Assembly: GCA_946965045.2 (NCBI GenBank)
Contig: OX337231.1
Location: forward strand, 3,038,001 to 3,102,000
Direction of reading: 5' to 3'
From: Epithemia pelagica
Lineage: Eukaryota > Protista > Bacillariophyta
Length of the DNA stretch: 64,000 bases
Part shown: positions 21,832 through 32,300 of the stretch, piece after piece
How positions within the stretch are numbered: position 1 is the first letter of the stretch
How the letters are laid out: every line of letters starts with the position of its first letter
Notes under the pieces: generated by a model
The model's database searches: none
Told to the model about the DNA's origin: nothing
Seen by the model: the letters and a program-made list of their open reading frames with translations, nothing else
Position numbers and translations under genes: made by a program

Positions 21832-24800
21832 CTCCCCACAATTCGTCGAATGAGGATTGTCAATTCCCTCATCACTTTCCTGGATTTTTCCTCTCCAGAA
21901 TAACAAAGATCGGAGCATGGGCCAAACTGCGGCGAATTCCCAATGTTTACTGAGGATATCAGCTGGGTTTGTCTTTCCATCTTTCCAGTAGAATGCGACG
22001 TACTTTGCAGCGATAGCTTCACGGACTCGGTGATAGGATAGGAGATGGTGCCTCTTGGAGATGATTGAGTGTGGTGCGGAGCTATTGATAACGACAGAGC
22101 GGTTATCTCCAAACATGTAACTCTTCTCTCGTAGAGGGACTCCCAAGTATCGGAGTGTAAGGCGTAGCTCCGTGATCTGATCAACTGCAGTCCTTGCGGC
22201 AACAAATTCAGATCCATACGTGGCTGTCTCCACTGTGGCTTGTCGCTTACTGTACCAGTCCACGGGTGTACCGTTTACAAAATGCAGGATGGCTGTAACT
22301 GCTTTCCCAGTAACCATATCATGCATGAGATTTGCGTCGACATAATGTATAGTTGTCACAAAACGCCCAAGTGGGGTTGGACAATCCTCAGGGATACGTT
22401 CCTTGGCGTCCATGTATACGGTACGAATCCAATCGTATTCTTGGATAGGTAAAGCTGATAAATCTGGCTCCCCAGTGCGGAATCTGATAGACCCATCAGG
22501 AAATGACATGAGGTATCCATAGATGCGCTTAGCTCGCTTCAAATGACCAATCCTTGGAGCAGCTCTGAACCTTGATAGAGTCATGGTAGCAGGGAAGACA
22601 TCAAAACGGCCAATGGTAATTAGCCATTGCAGTTGTCCAATAAGAGTCTGGAAATGCTGGGTCCCTTCTTCATCTAAGAGCTCAGAGTCATCGAGTTCAG
22701 GATGATCGTTAGCAATGACTGGCGGCTTTGCTTTCTTGGGTTTCTCATTGAACAATCGTTCATAGGTATCCATCATCTTCTCGATGTACCTTCGTGGGTC
22801 AGACACAAGTGTACCGTCTGGATCTTTGGTATAACGACACCCCAAATGATACTCGATAGGTCCGACTCCTTTGAGTTTGAAGTTGTATTTTTCTGTAAAG
22901 ATCTTGCAGACAGCTTCAGGGTCCATGGCAACGATAGCTAAGTCATCAACATATACAGCGATGTATTCATAACAGTCTTCTCCAGGAGCCTTCTTCATCC
23001 AAATATCAGGGTCAGCCTTGCTTGGAGAAAATCCCATATCAATGAGAACATCAAACAGTTTGTCATGCCAGCGAGCACCTGAGGATTTGAGACCATATAA
23101 TGCCTTGTAGATGATCAAGATATGTCCTTCTAACTCCTTGAACTCTGGTCCTGCAATGATGAAAATCTTCTCTCCTGTCAATGCTTCTAGGTATGCGTTC
23201 CCAATATCTGCTCCCCATATTTCCATGTCGTTCATGGTTCCAAGAAATATGGCAATGCGAAGGTTGCGAATGGAGACAACCCCTGAATAGATGGTCTCAA
23301 CGGGTTCCTTGGTGAGATGTCCATCTGCGACAAGTCGTGCCTTGTGCCTTCCGTCATGCTTGACATCAAAGACCAGATGTACTCTTATCTTATGATATCC
23401 TTCTGGTGCATTGGCCAATTTCCCATTAATGAACTTGGCTTTTCCATGGTCCTTGAAAGTGTTATACGATTGGATCTGTGAGAGTTCCAATTCTGTTGCG
23501 TCTTGCCATTTCGTGTTCCCAAATTGCTTGTCTAGTTCCACTGCTTCTTCATAGGTGCGAGGTACTTGGAAACCAAACTTGTACTTGATAGAGCGACGAA
23601 CTTGTTTGATCCTGGATTGTTTAGCTGCTCGAATGAGTCTTTTGCTTGTCTTGACGTATCGCTTGAGATGTTTCCATCCAGGTAGGTCCAGCAAACCATT
23701 TTTCTTGGCATAGATGGCGACTGTGATGGGGTCATCATTTGCAATAAGAGATAGAGGTTCGTATGTCGTCTCCCCAGTCTCCCAATCAACAAGGACATTA
23801 TATTTACTCCCTTTATAGTCTGGGTCGCTTGAGTTCAAAGGTCCTTGGTGTGCAATAACGTCTCTGAATCGGAAGAGACTATCCCCTGTCGTTTGGGCTT
23901 GATTATCCCTTTCAATGTATTCCATGAGCTGGTTGTAGGAGATCATCTCATCAACATTGGAGTTAGACTTGCGAAAGATATATTTGAGTCGATCTTCTTG
24001 TTTGGTTGCATCTTGTTCCAGGTCGACAACTCGTTTGATTACTCGTGCTCGGTGGCGCTCCCCATTCTCTTCAGTGTCACAAAGGAATGTGCGTCCAACT
24101 AAATCGTCGTAGTCAATTGTTGGCATAGGTGTGGATGGGTCTTCACTTCTGCTGCGAATAAAGACAGTGTCACCTTGCTTGTCAGTGGGTTTATGCGGCG
24201 ACTCCTCCCCTGAAGAGATATCCACACGAAGGTTGGGGGTAGTGGAGGCAACGCGACGGAGAGCGGAACGGTAGATGATGACGTTGTCGGCAGTGAGGAT
24301 CTTCCAAGTAAAGGCATCACCAACATTGTGGGCAAAACCAACCCAGTGGCCAATCTTCTCGTCGGGAGACGAAGGGTAAGAACCGGAGGTAGGTTCAGAA
24401 GGGTCGACACGATAGTAGACCTCATCCCAGAAAGGAAAGAAAAGGAGATGGGTAATGTCGGGTGGGGTACCGGTAAGAGCCTCAAGAGGGGTGCGGCCAG
24501 AGTGGGTGGGAGAGGAAGTGTGATTGAGGAGGTCACACACATATTCTAAACAAAGTAACCATGCAGAAGCAGGGCAACCAGATGCATTCATGATAGCATT
24601 GGTCATACGCTTAACGGTCTGATAGCGGTTCTCAGCTTTGTTCTGGTGTTGATGATAGGGCTCGGAACGGTATTCACCAATCAGAAGGGTGCGAAGAATA
24701 TCCTTGACCTTGTGGGAAATGAGTGACGAACCACCATCACTGATCAAAGTCTCCATGACACCACGTGTACGAATGTTATCCTGGAGGGTATTGACGAATT

Positions 24801-27507
24801 GCTTGGTAGACTTGATACCATAAATGTCAGTAACCAAAGTATCACGACCAACAAAAATCTGAGCAATCTTGCCACCATGGTTAACAGCCGGGGTGTCGGA
24901 GAAGATGGAGTCAGTGGCAACGGGTTCATGCCGTCGTGGGAGGTTAAGGATAGGATTCCGGGCCTTAAAGTGTTTCTTCAAGGTATCCTGGTCAAAGGAA
25001 ATGTGTCCATGACGAGTTGTATGCTTGAACGTATCGGCGATTACGTCTTCCGATTGCCACCCAAAGAAAGGGCGAAATTTCTTCCAGTCGTATTGTTCCT
25101 TGTAGAGTTTGTGGACAGACGCATGAAGTGTGGGGTCGTTGCCATCTTGATCAGCATAGATGGAAAAGAAGGAAGGTGTATCGGGGCCATGATCATATGG
25201 GAGATCAAGGAGGAGATTCAAAATGCATACAACGCGATCGGTATACTCCCCATATTGGTCATAGGGGTACGTTTCCATACTACCATCAGTCTCCACAGAT
25301 GTCCAGTTCGGTGCAGGGTCTTGATGGGGGTCTGGATGGGTATGGTCAAGTACAGAAGGATCCCAGATATGGGGTGAAGTGAACACAATATGCGGATATT
25401 TATCCATATCGTCATCAGAAGGGATTCCCAGAGATTGAATGTATGCAAGGCCATCCTTGATTCGTAAGGGCAATGCGCGTCCATCAAGGGTAGTAATGCG
25501 TTGTTTGCCATCAACCTTGACGGATCGTTCGTCGACAGATAGGCCGAAATGTTCAAATTGCGCTGGGGCATGGATAGATAAACCCTTTCCATAGTGGGCA
25601 TACTCATTGAAGATACCAATAATGGGTCCATCACTTGTATCAAACTTGGCAGCACAGGTAACAACTGGAAGGCCAGTCAATTCATGATTGTCAATACCTA
25701 CGATGGTAATATGACGTCCGGTTTTGGCAAGGATACGCATGTCAGATCCTGCAAGGCCTCCATTGGCACCTCGATCGATGAGTTGATTACCAGAAAAGGT
25801 GGATTTGCGGGAGAATAGATATCGTGACATATGAACCTTTTGCTTGTGATCAGCAGAAGACTTGAACTTGACTTTAGGACTTGACTTTGTCGTAGAAGTT
25901 GACAAGATGTTGCTGAGGTCAGATGCTGGATGATTGATATCTGTCGATGCAATAGCCTGGTGTACGAACTGGGTAACCGGATCAGAGGATGTATCGAATG
26001 GATCTTGTTCTGGTGCATCTTGATGGGTATCACCAATGTTGTTGGCATCAGGATCAGGGTCCGGTTCAGGATCAATGTCAAGAGAATGTGTTTGGACCTT
26101 GCGTGGAGTTGTCGGGGAATCTTGGACGGATTTATTGAAGTCGACAATGATTTGCCGATCCTCTTCAGAGAGTTTAAACCATACATCTCTTGGAAGGCTG
26201 ATTTTCGACGAAGTTGGGGACTTTTCGGATTGGATATTTGTGTTGTTGATCTGGTAGTCAGGGGGCTCCACTGGTTCAAAAGGTTCATCCAACTGAAATT
26301 CATGTTGCTCTACGTGACGACGGCGGTTAGACGCAGAAGTTCGGGTAGCTTGGTCATGGTCAAAAGCAGCATCAAGAAGCAGGCGGAAATATGATTGATA
26401 ACAGAGGGATTTGGCTCCAGATTTCGTGTTGACAACGTTATCCAAGATCTTGACTCGTCTTAAATCAGGTACCTTTTCAACAGCTTGCATAAGGAAGGTC
26501 ATCCTTGTATGGTCATGGATACGATCCGACAGTGGTACAAGGTTATCCAGAAGTCGTAGCTCTTCTTGAAAATGTAGGAGAAACTGACGAGTTGTACCAC
26601 GCCAAGAGTCATCCAGTCGAAGATTCGAAATGTAGCTTGTTAGGCGTAACACTTCTCGCTTAGCTAGATCAGATTCAGTGTGTAGAACATGGAGTTTCTT
26701 CAAGACGGCTCTTGCATCTTCATCATGTTCATGTTCTCGAACATATGCTCTTCCTTGGTCGGTTTGGATAATACGTACAAGTACAGAATAGACAAAGACT
26801 TGTTGTTCTCGGAAAAGTAACTCTGCGCATTCGTCATCCTTGGGTACCTTGTAATCGAAATCAAGAACATTCGACAATCCTTGTGCTTTCGCAGTTGATT
26901 TGAATACACGCCAAAACGAATCAAAGTACCGTTCGTCTTTGAATGATTCAAATGCTGTTGCATCTCTTTTGGTTCCTTTCTTGAAAGCAGAGAGATCTAA
27001 CATGGATTGAGATGTTGTAGAGGATGTAGTGGGAGATCGGGATGATACGGAGTGTGCAGGTGATTTCAGAGGAGAAACTGGGTCTTGGTTCATACCAGAC
27101 TTGGTAAAGTCGGTGTTGATCCTCCAATCGTCATATTGGTCCCTCGTGAGGTTCATCCATGTAGCACGGGGTAGTTTTCCATGTTGGAGTTGCCGTTGTT
27201 GTAGTAACCAATATGCCATTAGTTTGAGTTGTAATCTTGTACTTGTCTGTAGGTCGTTGACTTGTTTTCCAACCTTGTATTGCATGAGATCCTTGAGTGT
27301 CTCCTCGGGATCAGTTGCAACATGGTCGAGGACATGAAGGATATGTTCAAAACCATGATGTCGCATCCACTTTTGAAGTGATTGGGCTCGTTCATCATTA
27401 CAACCAAAGATGCCTTTAGTTATATGGTCGAAGAGATCTTGGTCGGTTATATGACTTGACTTGTCCTCAGGAGGAGTAAACGGTGTCTTGGGAGGTGTCG
27501 CTTCCAT
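21826..27507 (-). CDS. Copia Gag-Pol polyprotein (1893 aa)
   Basis: Protease IDRGANGG. Integrase VATDSIFSD / LISDGG / AENRY. RT KARLVADG, YVDDL. RNase H YVDANL, YGSEFVAA, FGDN, NPADILSK. The frame runs through the PPT and stops 6 nt into the 3' LTR. Confidence 0.97.
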   Translation of the reverse strand: MEATPPKTPFTPPEDKSSHITDQDLFDHITKGIFGCNDERAQSLQKWMRHHGFEHILHVLDHVATDPEETLKDLMQYKVGKQVNDLQTSTRLQLKLMAYWLLQQRQLQHGKLPRATWMNLTRDQYDDWRINTDFTKSGMNQDPVSPLKSPAHSVSSRSPTTSSTTSQSMLDLSAFKKGTKRDATAFESFKDERYFDSFWRVFKSTAKAQGLSNVLDFDYKVPKDDECAELLFREQQVFVYSVLVRIIQTDQGRAYVREHEHDEDARAVLKKLHVLHTESDLAKREVLRLTSYISNLRLDDSWRGTTRQFLLHFQEELRLLDNLVPLSDRIHDHTRMTFLMQAVEKVPDLRRVKILDNVVNTKSGAKSLCYQSYFRLLLDAAFDHDQATRTSASNRRRHVEQHEFQLDEPFEPVEPPDYQINNTNIQSEKSPTSSKISLPRDVWFKLSEEDRQIIVDFNKSVQDSPTTPRKVQTHSLDIDPEPDPDPDANNIGDTHQDAPEQDPFDTSSDPVTQFVHQAIASTDINHPASDLSNILSTSTTKSSPKVKFKSSADHKQKVHMSRYLFSRKSTFSGNQLIDRGANGGLAGSDMRILAKTGRHITIVGIDNHELTGLPVVTCAAKFDTSDGPIIGIFNEYAHYGKGLSIHAPAQFEHFGLSVDERSVKVDGKQRITTLDGRALPLRIKDGLAYIQSLGIPSDDDMDKYPHIVFTSPHIWDPSVLDHTHPDPHQDPAPNWTSVETDGSMETYPYDQYGEYTDRVVCILNLLLDLPYDHGPDTPSFFSIYADQDGNDPTLHASVHKLYKEQYDWKKFRPFFGWQSEDVIADTFKHTTRHGHISFDQDTLKKHFKARNPILNLPRRHEPVATDSIFSDTPAVNHGGKIAQIFVGRDTLVTDIYGIKSTKQFVNTLQDNIRTRGVMETLISDGGSSLISHKVKDILRTLLIGEYRSEPYHQHQNKAENRYQTVKRMTNAIMNASGCPASAWLLCLEYVCDLLNHTSSPTHSGRTPLEALTGTPPDITHLLFFPFWDEVYYRVDPSEPTSGSYPSSPDEKIGHWVGFAHNVGDAFTWKILTADNVIIYRSALRRVASTTPNLRVDISSGEESPHKPTDKQGDTVFIRSRSEDPSTPMPTIDYDDLVGRTFLCDTEENGERHRARVIKRVVDLEQDATKQEDRLKYIFRKSNSNVDEMISYNQLMEYIERDNQAQTTGDSLFRFRDVIAHQGPLNSSDPDYKGSKYNVLVDWETGETTYEPLSLIANDDPITVAIYAKKNGLLDLPGWKHLKRYVKTSKRLIRAAKQSRIKQVRRSIKYKFGFQVPRTYEEAVELDKQFGNTKWQDATELELSQIQSYNTFKDHGKAKFINGKLANAPEGYHKIRVHLVFDVKHDGRHKARLVADGHLTKEPVETIYSGVVSIRNLRIAIFLGTMNDMEIWGADIGNAYLEALTGEKIFIIAGPEFKELEGHILIIYKALYGLKSSGARWHDKLFDVLIDMGFSPSKADPDIWMKKAPGEDCYEYIAVYVDDLAIVAMDPEAVCKIFTEKYNFKLKGVGPIEYHLGCRYTKDPDGTLVSDPRRYIEKMMDTYERLFNEKPKKAKPPVIANDHPELDDSELLDEEGTQHFQTLIGQLQWLITIGRFDVFPATMTLSRFRAAPRIGHLKRAKRIYGYLMSFPDGSIRFRTGEPDLSALPIQEYDWIRTVYMDAKERIPEDCPTPLGRFVTTIHYVDANLMHDMVTGKAVTAILHFVNGTPVDWYSKRQATVETATYGSEFVAARTAVDQITELRLTLRYLGVPLREKSYMFGDNRSVVINSSAPHSIISKRHHLLSYHRVREAIAAKYVAFYWKDGKTNPADILSKHWEFAAVWPMLRSLLFWRGKIQESDEGIDNPHSTNCGEC

Positions 27508-27821
27508 GATGTTATTTGGTTGGTTCGATGTTTATTTAATGTGCGGTGTGATGTGGTTTATTTAATGTGTGATGTGATGTGAACCCGGATGTACCACGTG
27601 TGCCACGTATGTACCACGTATGTGATACCCGGATGTGTGTTGTGATGTGCGACTCCTGGAAATTTCCGTTGATTCCGACAAAATTTCGCCGAGTTTCAAC
27701 AAATTTTCGCCGAATTTTCGCGATTTGACGGGAATGTGTGGCGTGTTGTGCGACCAAGGGTACCCGGATGTGCGGAACTCGGTCTTGTGTCTGGTTTGGT
27801 GTAGAAACTACGTAAAATTAC

Positions 27822-28577
27822 TTATTCTTGGTCACTTTCGGCTCGGTACTGAAGACGAGATGCGGAATCGGTCACTGTAGTGGCTAGTTCTTCAACGTCG
27901 TCGTCTTCCAACAAGTGGTTCACGTGTTGAGTGAAGAGAGGGTAGATAGTCGCACGGAAATCCTGGCAGAGATGGATCTCGTGAACAAAGGAGACGTACT
28001 CGTCGAGACGAGTAGTCGGGGTAGGTAGCGGATTCGTCGTCGAGTTGACGATCCAGATGGTGTGGAAGTAGTTGGTTGGACGTTCAAAGGAGATGAATCG
28101 AATACGGATGGGTTCCACAGGGTTGCCCAACAGGGCTTGGACAATGAAACGGCGTCTCGAGCACTGGTTCAAGAGGTCGAGAAGTCGTTGGATGTCCTCA
28201 AGGTCAGTCACGGGTTGGACGGACTGGAAATCGATCTCGCGTTCGGTTGTGGAACGGATCACGTCGGGGTCGGTAGTCGACTCAGTCGGCTCGCGGAAGT
28301 GTCGGATATGCGCAGTAAGAAGACGGCTCGTACGTCGGGTGCGAGTAGGGTTCAAACGGCGAGGCGGAGTCGAAGGTTGAGTCAGGATCGAAGGAGGCTG
28401 GACCACTTGGTCCGGGGTCTGGAAGGGATTCGGAGCACTGGCCTGAGTCGGGGTCTGTTTCGGAGTTTCAACCAAGGGCTCGCCCGGATGGGCCACGGGT
28501 GGATGGAGTTCCTCCCCGCTTTGTTGGAAGGAATGAAAGATGTGTCGAATAGAGAGGTTGGAATCGTCGTGAGACAT
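27822..28577 (-). CDS. Extra ORF (251 aa, unknown function) between the PBS and gag
   Basis: Uninterrupted sense-strand ORF from ATG 28577. Pro/Thr-rich N-half and globular-looking C-half. No recognisable domain. Confidence 0.6.
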   Translation of the reverse strand: MSHDDSNLSIRHIFHSFQQSGEELHPPVAHPGEPLVETPKQTPTQASAPNPFQTPDQVVQPPSILTQPSTPPRRLNPTRTRRTSRLLTAHIRHFREPTESTTDPDVIRSTTEREIDFQSVQPVTDLEDIQRLLDLLNQCSRRRFIVQALLGNPVEPIRIRFISFERPTNYFHTIWIVNSTTNPLPTPTTRLDEYVSFVHEIHLCQDFRATIYPLFTQHVNHLLEDDDVEELATTVTDSASRLQYRAESDQE

Positions 28578-28601
28578 CGAAAGCTTCTCGGAAATAAACG
28601 A

Positions 28602-28615
28602 TGAGACTGTTAATC
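28602..28615 (-). promoter_or_regulatory. Primer-binding site, complementary to a tRNA-Asn(GUU)-like anticodon arm
   Basis: Immediately abuts the 5' LTR. The plus strand reads TGAGA-CTGTTAA-TC, i.e. tRNA positions 27-40 with anticodon GTT. There is no TGG-type PBS. Confidence 0.65.
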
Positions 28616-29373
28616 TGATAAACTTCTCTCGATTCAACAGGGGTTAGACGGATAGGTAGGATAGGTAAAAGGCTCGCTGAGCCGACAATCGAATCACCAA
28701 CCGATACAACAATCCTCCACGGGTCAGAGAAGAGTTGCAAGTCGAAGTCCGCCGTGGGTGGGGGCAGTCGGTCCACTGATAAGAGGTAAGTCTTAAGATG
28801 AGTGTTAAAATGGTGATATTAATGATTGTGAGACGATTACTAACTAAGGTGGTTGATGGTGCCGAAGTCCTGGCTCTTGCATACGGCCATGGATCTGGTG
28901 TGATAGGTCCTCACTGGTTGGAGTAGACCGGCATTGGTGTATATTGAATGTATAGGGTGATGGATAACATGTATGGGATGCAACAGCTCTTGCTTTGTCG
29001 TGGTATAAGTCTTGTCCTGGGCGCGTTGCTGTTTGCATTCTTGGATTTGTGGGAACAGAGATATGGTCTCGCGTGATCGTGATTCGTGCTTTGATTACAT
29101 AGACCGTTAGGTCGAATCGTGGATGCGCGTACTCGGATAGTAGAGGAGCGCACTTGATAGTTTTGGGCGCGCACGTGTTGGGCCATAGTTAATATCCGAG
29201 CGGTCGCCAATAACGCGTGCACTGCGAGCATGCCGTGGCCAAATTTATAGTTTCGCGAGCATGCCGACATTCTTTTCTCACTTTTAGGAAAATGTCATCG
29301 GATGCCATAAAATACTAGCATCATTCGATGAGTTGTAGGTTTCGCCACCTAGTTTTCGGTGAGAATCCTAACA
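28616..29373 (-). repeat. 5' LTR of the copia element
   Basis: Element-sense ends TGTTAGG...TTTATCA. Matches 21074-21831. Confidence 0.96.
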
Positions 29374-29378
29374 GTGAT

Positions 29379-32300
29379 GGATCTGCGCGCTTTCATCCAA
29401 GCACAGGAAGAACAACAATCAGCAGTACTTTTGTTGGGAGATTTCAACGAAGTACTCGATGATTCTGGCAAACGCATGTCAAGTATAGCAACAACGTGCA
29501 GATTAGTCGATCTGATGGAAGAAGCAACTGACACAGAAGATATCGCAACCTATGTCTGTGGACAAGATCGGATCGATTATGCTTTAGCCTCGGAGTCAGT
29601 CGCAGGAGCGCTAAAACAAGGCTGTTATGAGCCGTTCAAATATAGGAATTGTGGCGATCATAGAGCGATCATTCTCGACTTCGATGAGCAACTCTTATTT
29701 GGCAACAACACGCATTCTCTTGCTTCATTACCAGCTCGAGAATTCACAACCAAAGATCCAAAAGCAGTCAGGCAATACATAGCGGCTAAGCATCGATATC
29801 TTGACGATCATAACTACGCCACAAGATTGGAAGCAGCAAAGACAAGATGGTCCCCACAGATTCAAGAAGGCCTCGATGCAGACTTCCAACGTGCCGGATT
29901 TTACGCCGCAAAGTGCTGTACCAAGAAACCAAGAAATGTGATGTACTCCAATGAATTATCACAACTCAGGCGGCATAAGAATATCTTACTCAAAAAGATC
30001 TCCTCAATCAAAGTAAACCGGTCTTTCGAAGCAGGCATAAGTCGTCATATCTTCGAGAACGACGAACTCGTGATCCCAACGACATTGGATGAATGCCAAG
30101 AACTCTGCAAAACGGTGCAAAAGAAAATAAAAGAACTTACTAAATCAGCAGTGGAGAAAAGACAGACAGAACAACAAAAAGAACTTCGCGACGCAGTATT
30201 AGCAGGCAACAAAAAGAAAGCCCGTCGTCTCAAGAATCTGATGGCAGCTGAGCGTACCAAAGCCATGTATGCAAAGATTCGACGCTGTCGTGGAACTGAG
30301 AAATCTGGAATTACTCGCCTAGATGTACCAAGAGATCCTGGCGATACTGATTACAAAAATTGCACCGATTGGATCAGTATCGAAACTCCAAAAGAGATCG
30401 AGGAACGTTTGCTACAACGCAACCAGCGTCACTTCGGCCAGGCCAATGGTACCTTTCCAACTGTCCCTCCATTTTCAGAAAAGATTGATTGGGGCGCCAG
30501 CATCCACACTGCAGACTTAATCCTCGACGGCGAATGGACCCCAGAAGACACCGACGCTGTTTCCCGTGATGTCCTTCAACACATGAAAGCACGAACAAAT
30601 CTTGATTCAATCACAGATACTATAACAATCAACGAATGGACCGAAAAGATACGGTCGTGGCCGGAATCAACTTCTACGTCTCCATCAGGATTCCACCTCA
30701 CTCACAGTAAAGCATTAGTTGCTTCGTTCGACCTAGATGAGGAGAGTGAAGAAATACAACAACTCGAACAACAACGACACGATCTCATCGCCTGGCAGGT
30801 GGAGCTATTGAATTTGGCCATCTCAAACAAGTACTCTATGAAAAGATGGCAACACATAGTCAATCTTATGATTTTGAAGGAGCCGAATAACTTGAAAATT
30901 CATCGGCTAAGAGTCATCCATCTTTACGAACAGGACTACAACCTAATCCTGGCCGTGAAATGGCGACAACTCATCCAAGATTGTACGAATGCAAGACTTC
31001 TTCATCCCCAACAATATGGAGGAGTACCAGGACGAGACGCCATTCTACCCACTATGCTCGAAGAATTCCAATACGAAATTAGTCGAGCCAGCAAGAGACC
31101 GCTAGTTCACCTTGACTATGATGCCACTGCATGCTATGACCGCATAGTCATGTCTTTCGGCAGCCTAGCTTCTCGATCATTTGGGCAGCACAAGTCGATA
31201 GTTTTTATCAATGCACGGACACTCGAAGAAGCACAATACTATCTTAAGACACAACTCGGTGTCTCTGAGAAGTCTTACAAGCATTGTAAACTGTTTCCAA
31301 TTTATGGCTGTGGTCAAGGCGCCGGAAACTCCCCAGCTATATGGTGTGTGATCAGCTCCATACTTTTTGAAGCCTACGAAAAAGACGCTCATGGTGCAAC
31401 ATTTCAATCCCCAGATGGGACTGTCAGTGCAAATGTATTTATGATAGGATTTGTGGATGACACTTCCGGTAGTGTGAATGCTTTCGACCTACCAGCGCCA
31501 CAAGCACCCGAATTTTATGTCCAACGAGCAAACCATGATGCACAACGCTGGAATGACATCCTCCGTGTCTCTGGAGGAGCTCTTCAAGATCAGAAGTGCA
31601 CATATCACTTTCTGTATTACACGTTTACTGTCGAAGGACTCGCCGTCCTGCAGAATGGAGAATTTGGCCCAAGAATCACTGTACAATTCACTCCTACTAC
31701 TCCATCACGACCATTGCAACAACTCTCGGCATTCAACAGCCACAAAACATAAGGGGTACAAAAGTCGCCTGCTTCAACTGATAGAAGTTTGTTTCGTGCT
31801 CTTAGCAAGCGCGACTCCCATCATACCACAACCATGGCCAGGAGCCCATTCACTCGAACGGACGCATGGTCCTACTACCATGCTGTCTATTTACCAAGCA
31901 TTACCTACCCAATGCCATCCTCTAGTCTTTCGAAGGCACGATGCAATACACTTCAAAGACAATTCAAGAAGGTATTATTACCGAAACGCGGGTATAATCG
32001 CACGACTCCCAACTCTGTTGTTTATGGATCTCAAGACTTTGGAGGAATTGGTTTACGACAACTACACATCGAGAGAGGGATAGCTCAAGTTTATACTCTC
32101 TTGTCTTGCTTGCGCTCAGAAGGATTACTATCTGATCTAGCCGTGATCATGATATCTTGGGGCCAATGTTTGGCCGGCACCAGCACATCAATACTTTCCG
32201 ACGTGAAAACTCCTCTACCACATCTCACACCAATGTCATGGCTACCATCTGTCCGCGACTTTCTCTGCGAGCTGGATTGTTGGATCGACTTAGCAAGCCC

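Larger units (their letters stand above)
21074..29373 (-). mobile_element. Full-length Ty1/copia LTR retrotransposon (CoDi-like), 8300 bp
   Basis: 758-bp LTRs with TG..CA ends, 5-bp TSD GTGAT (21069-73 and 29374-78), PPT GGGGAG next to the 3' LTR, uninterrupted gag-pol with order PR-IN-RT-RH. Confidence 0.97.

Noticed and set aside
28602-28615. tRNA-Asn gene
   Set aside because: Only a 14-nt anticodon-arm match with no D arm, T arm or acceptor stem. Its position next to the LTR fits a PBS.
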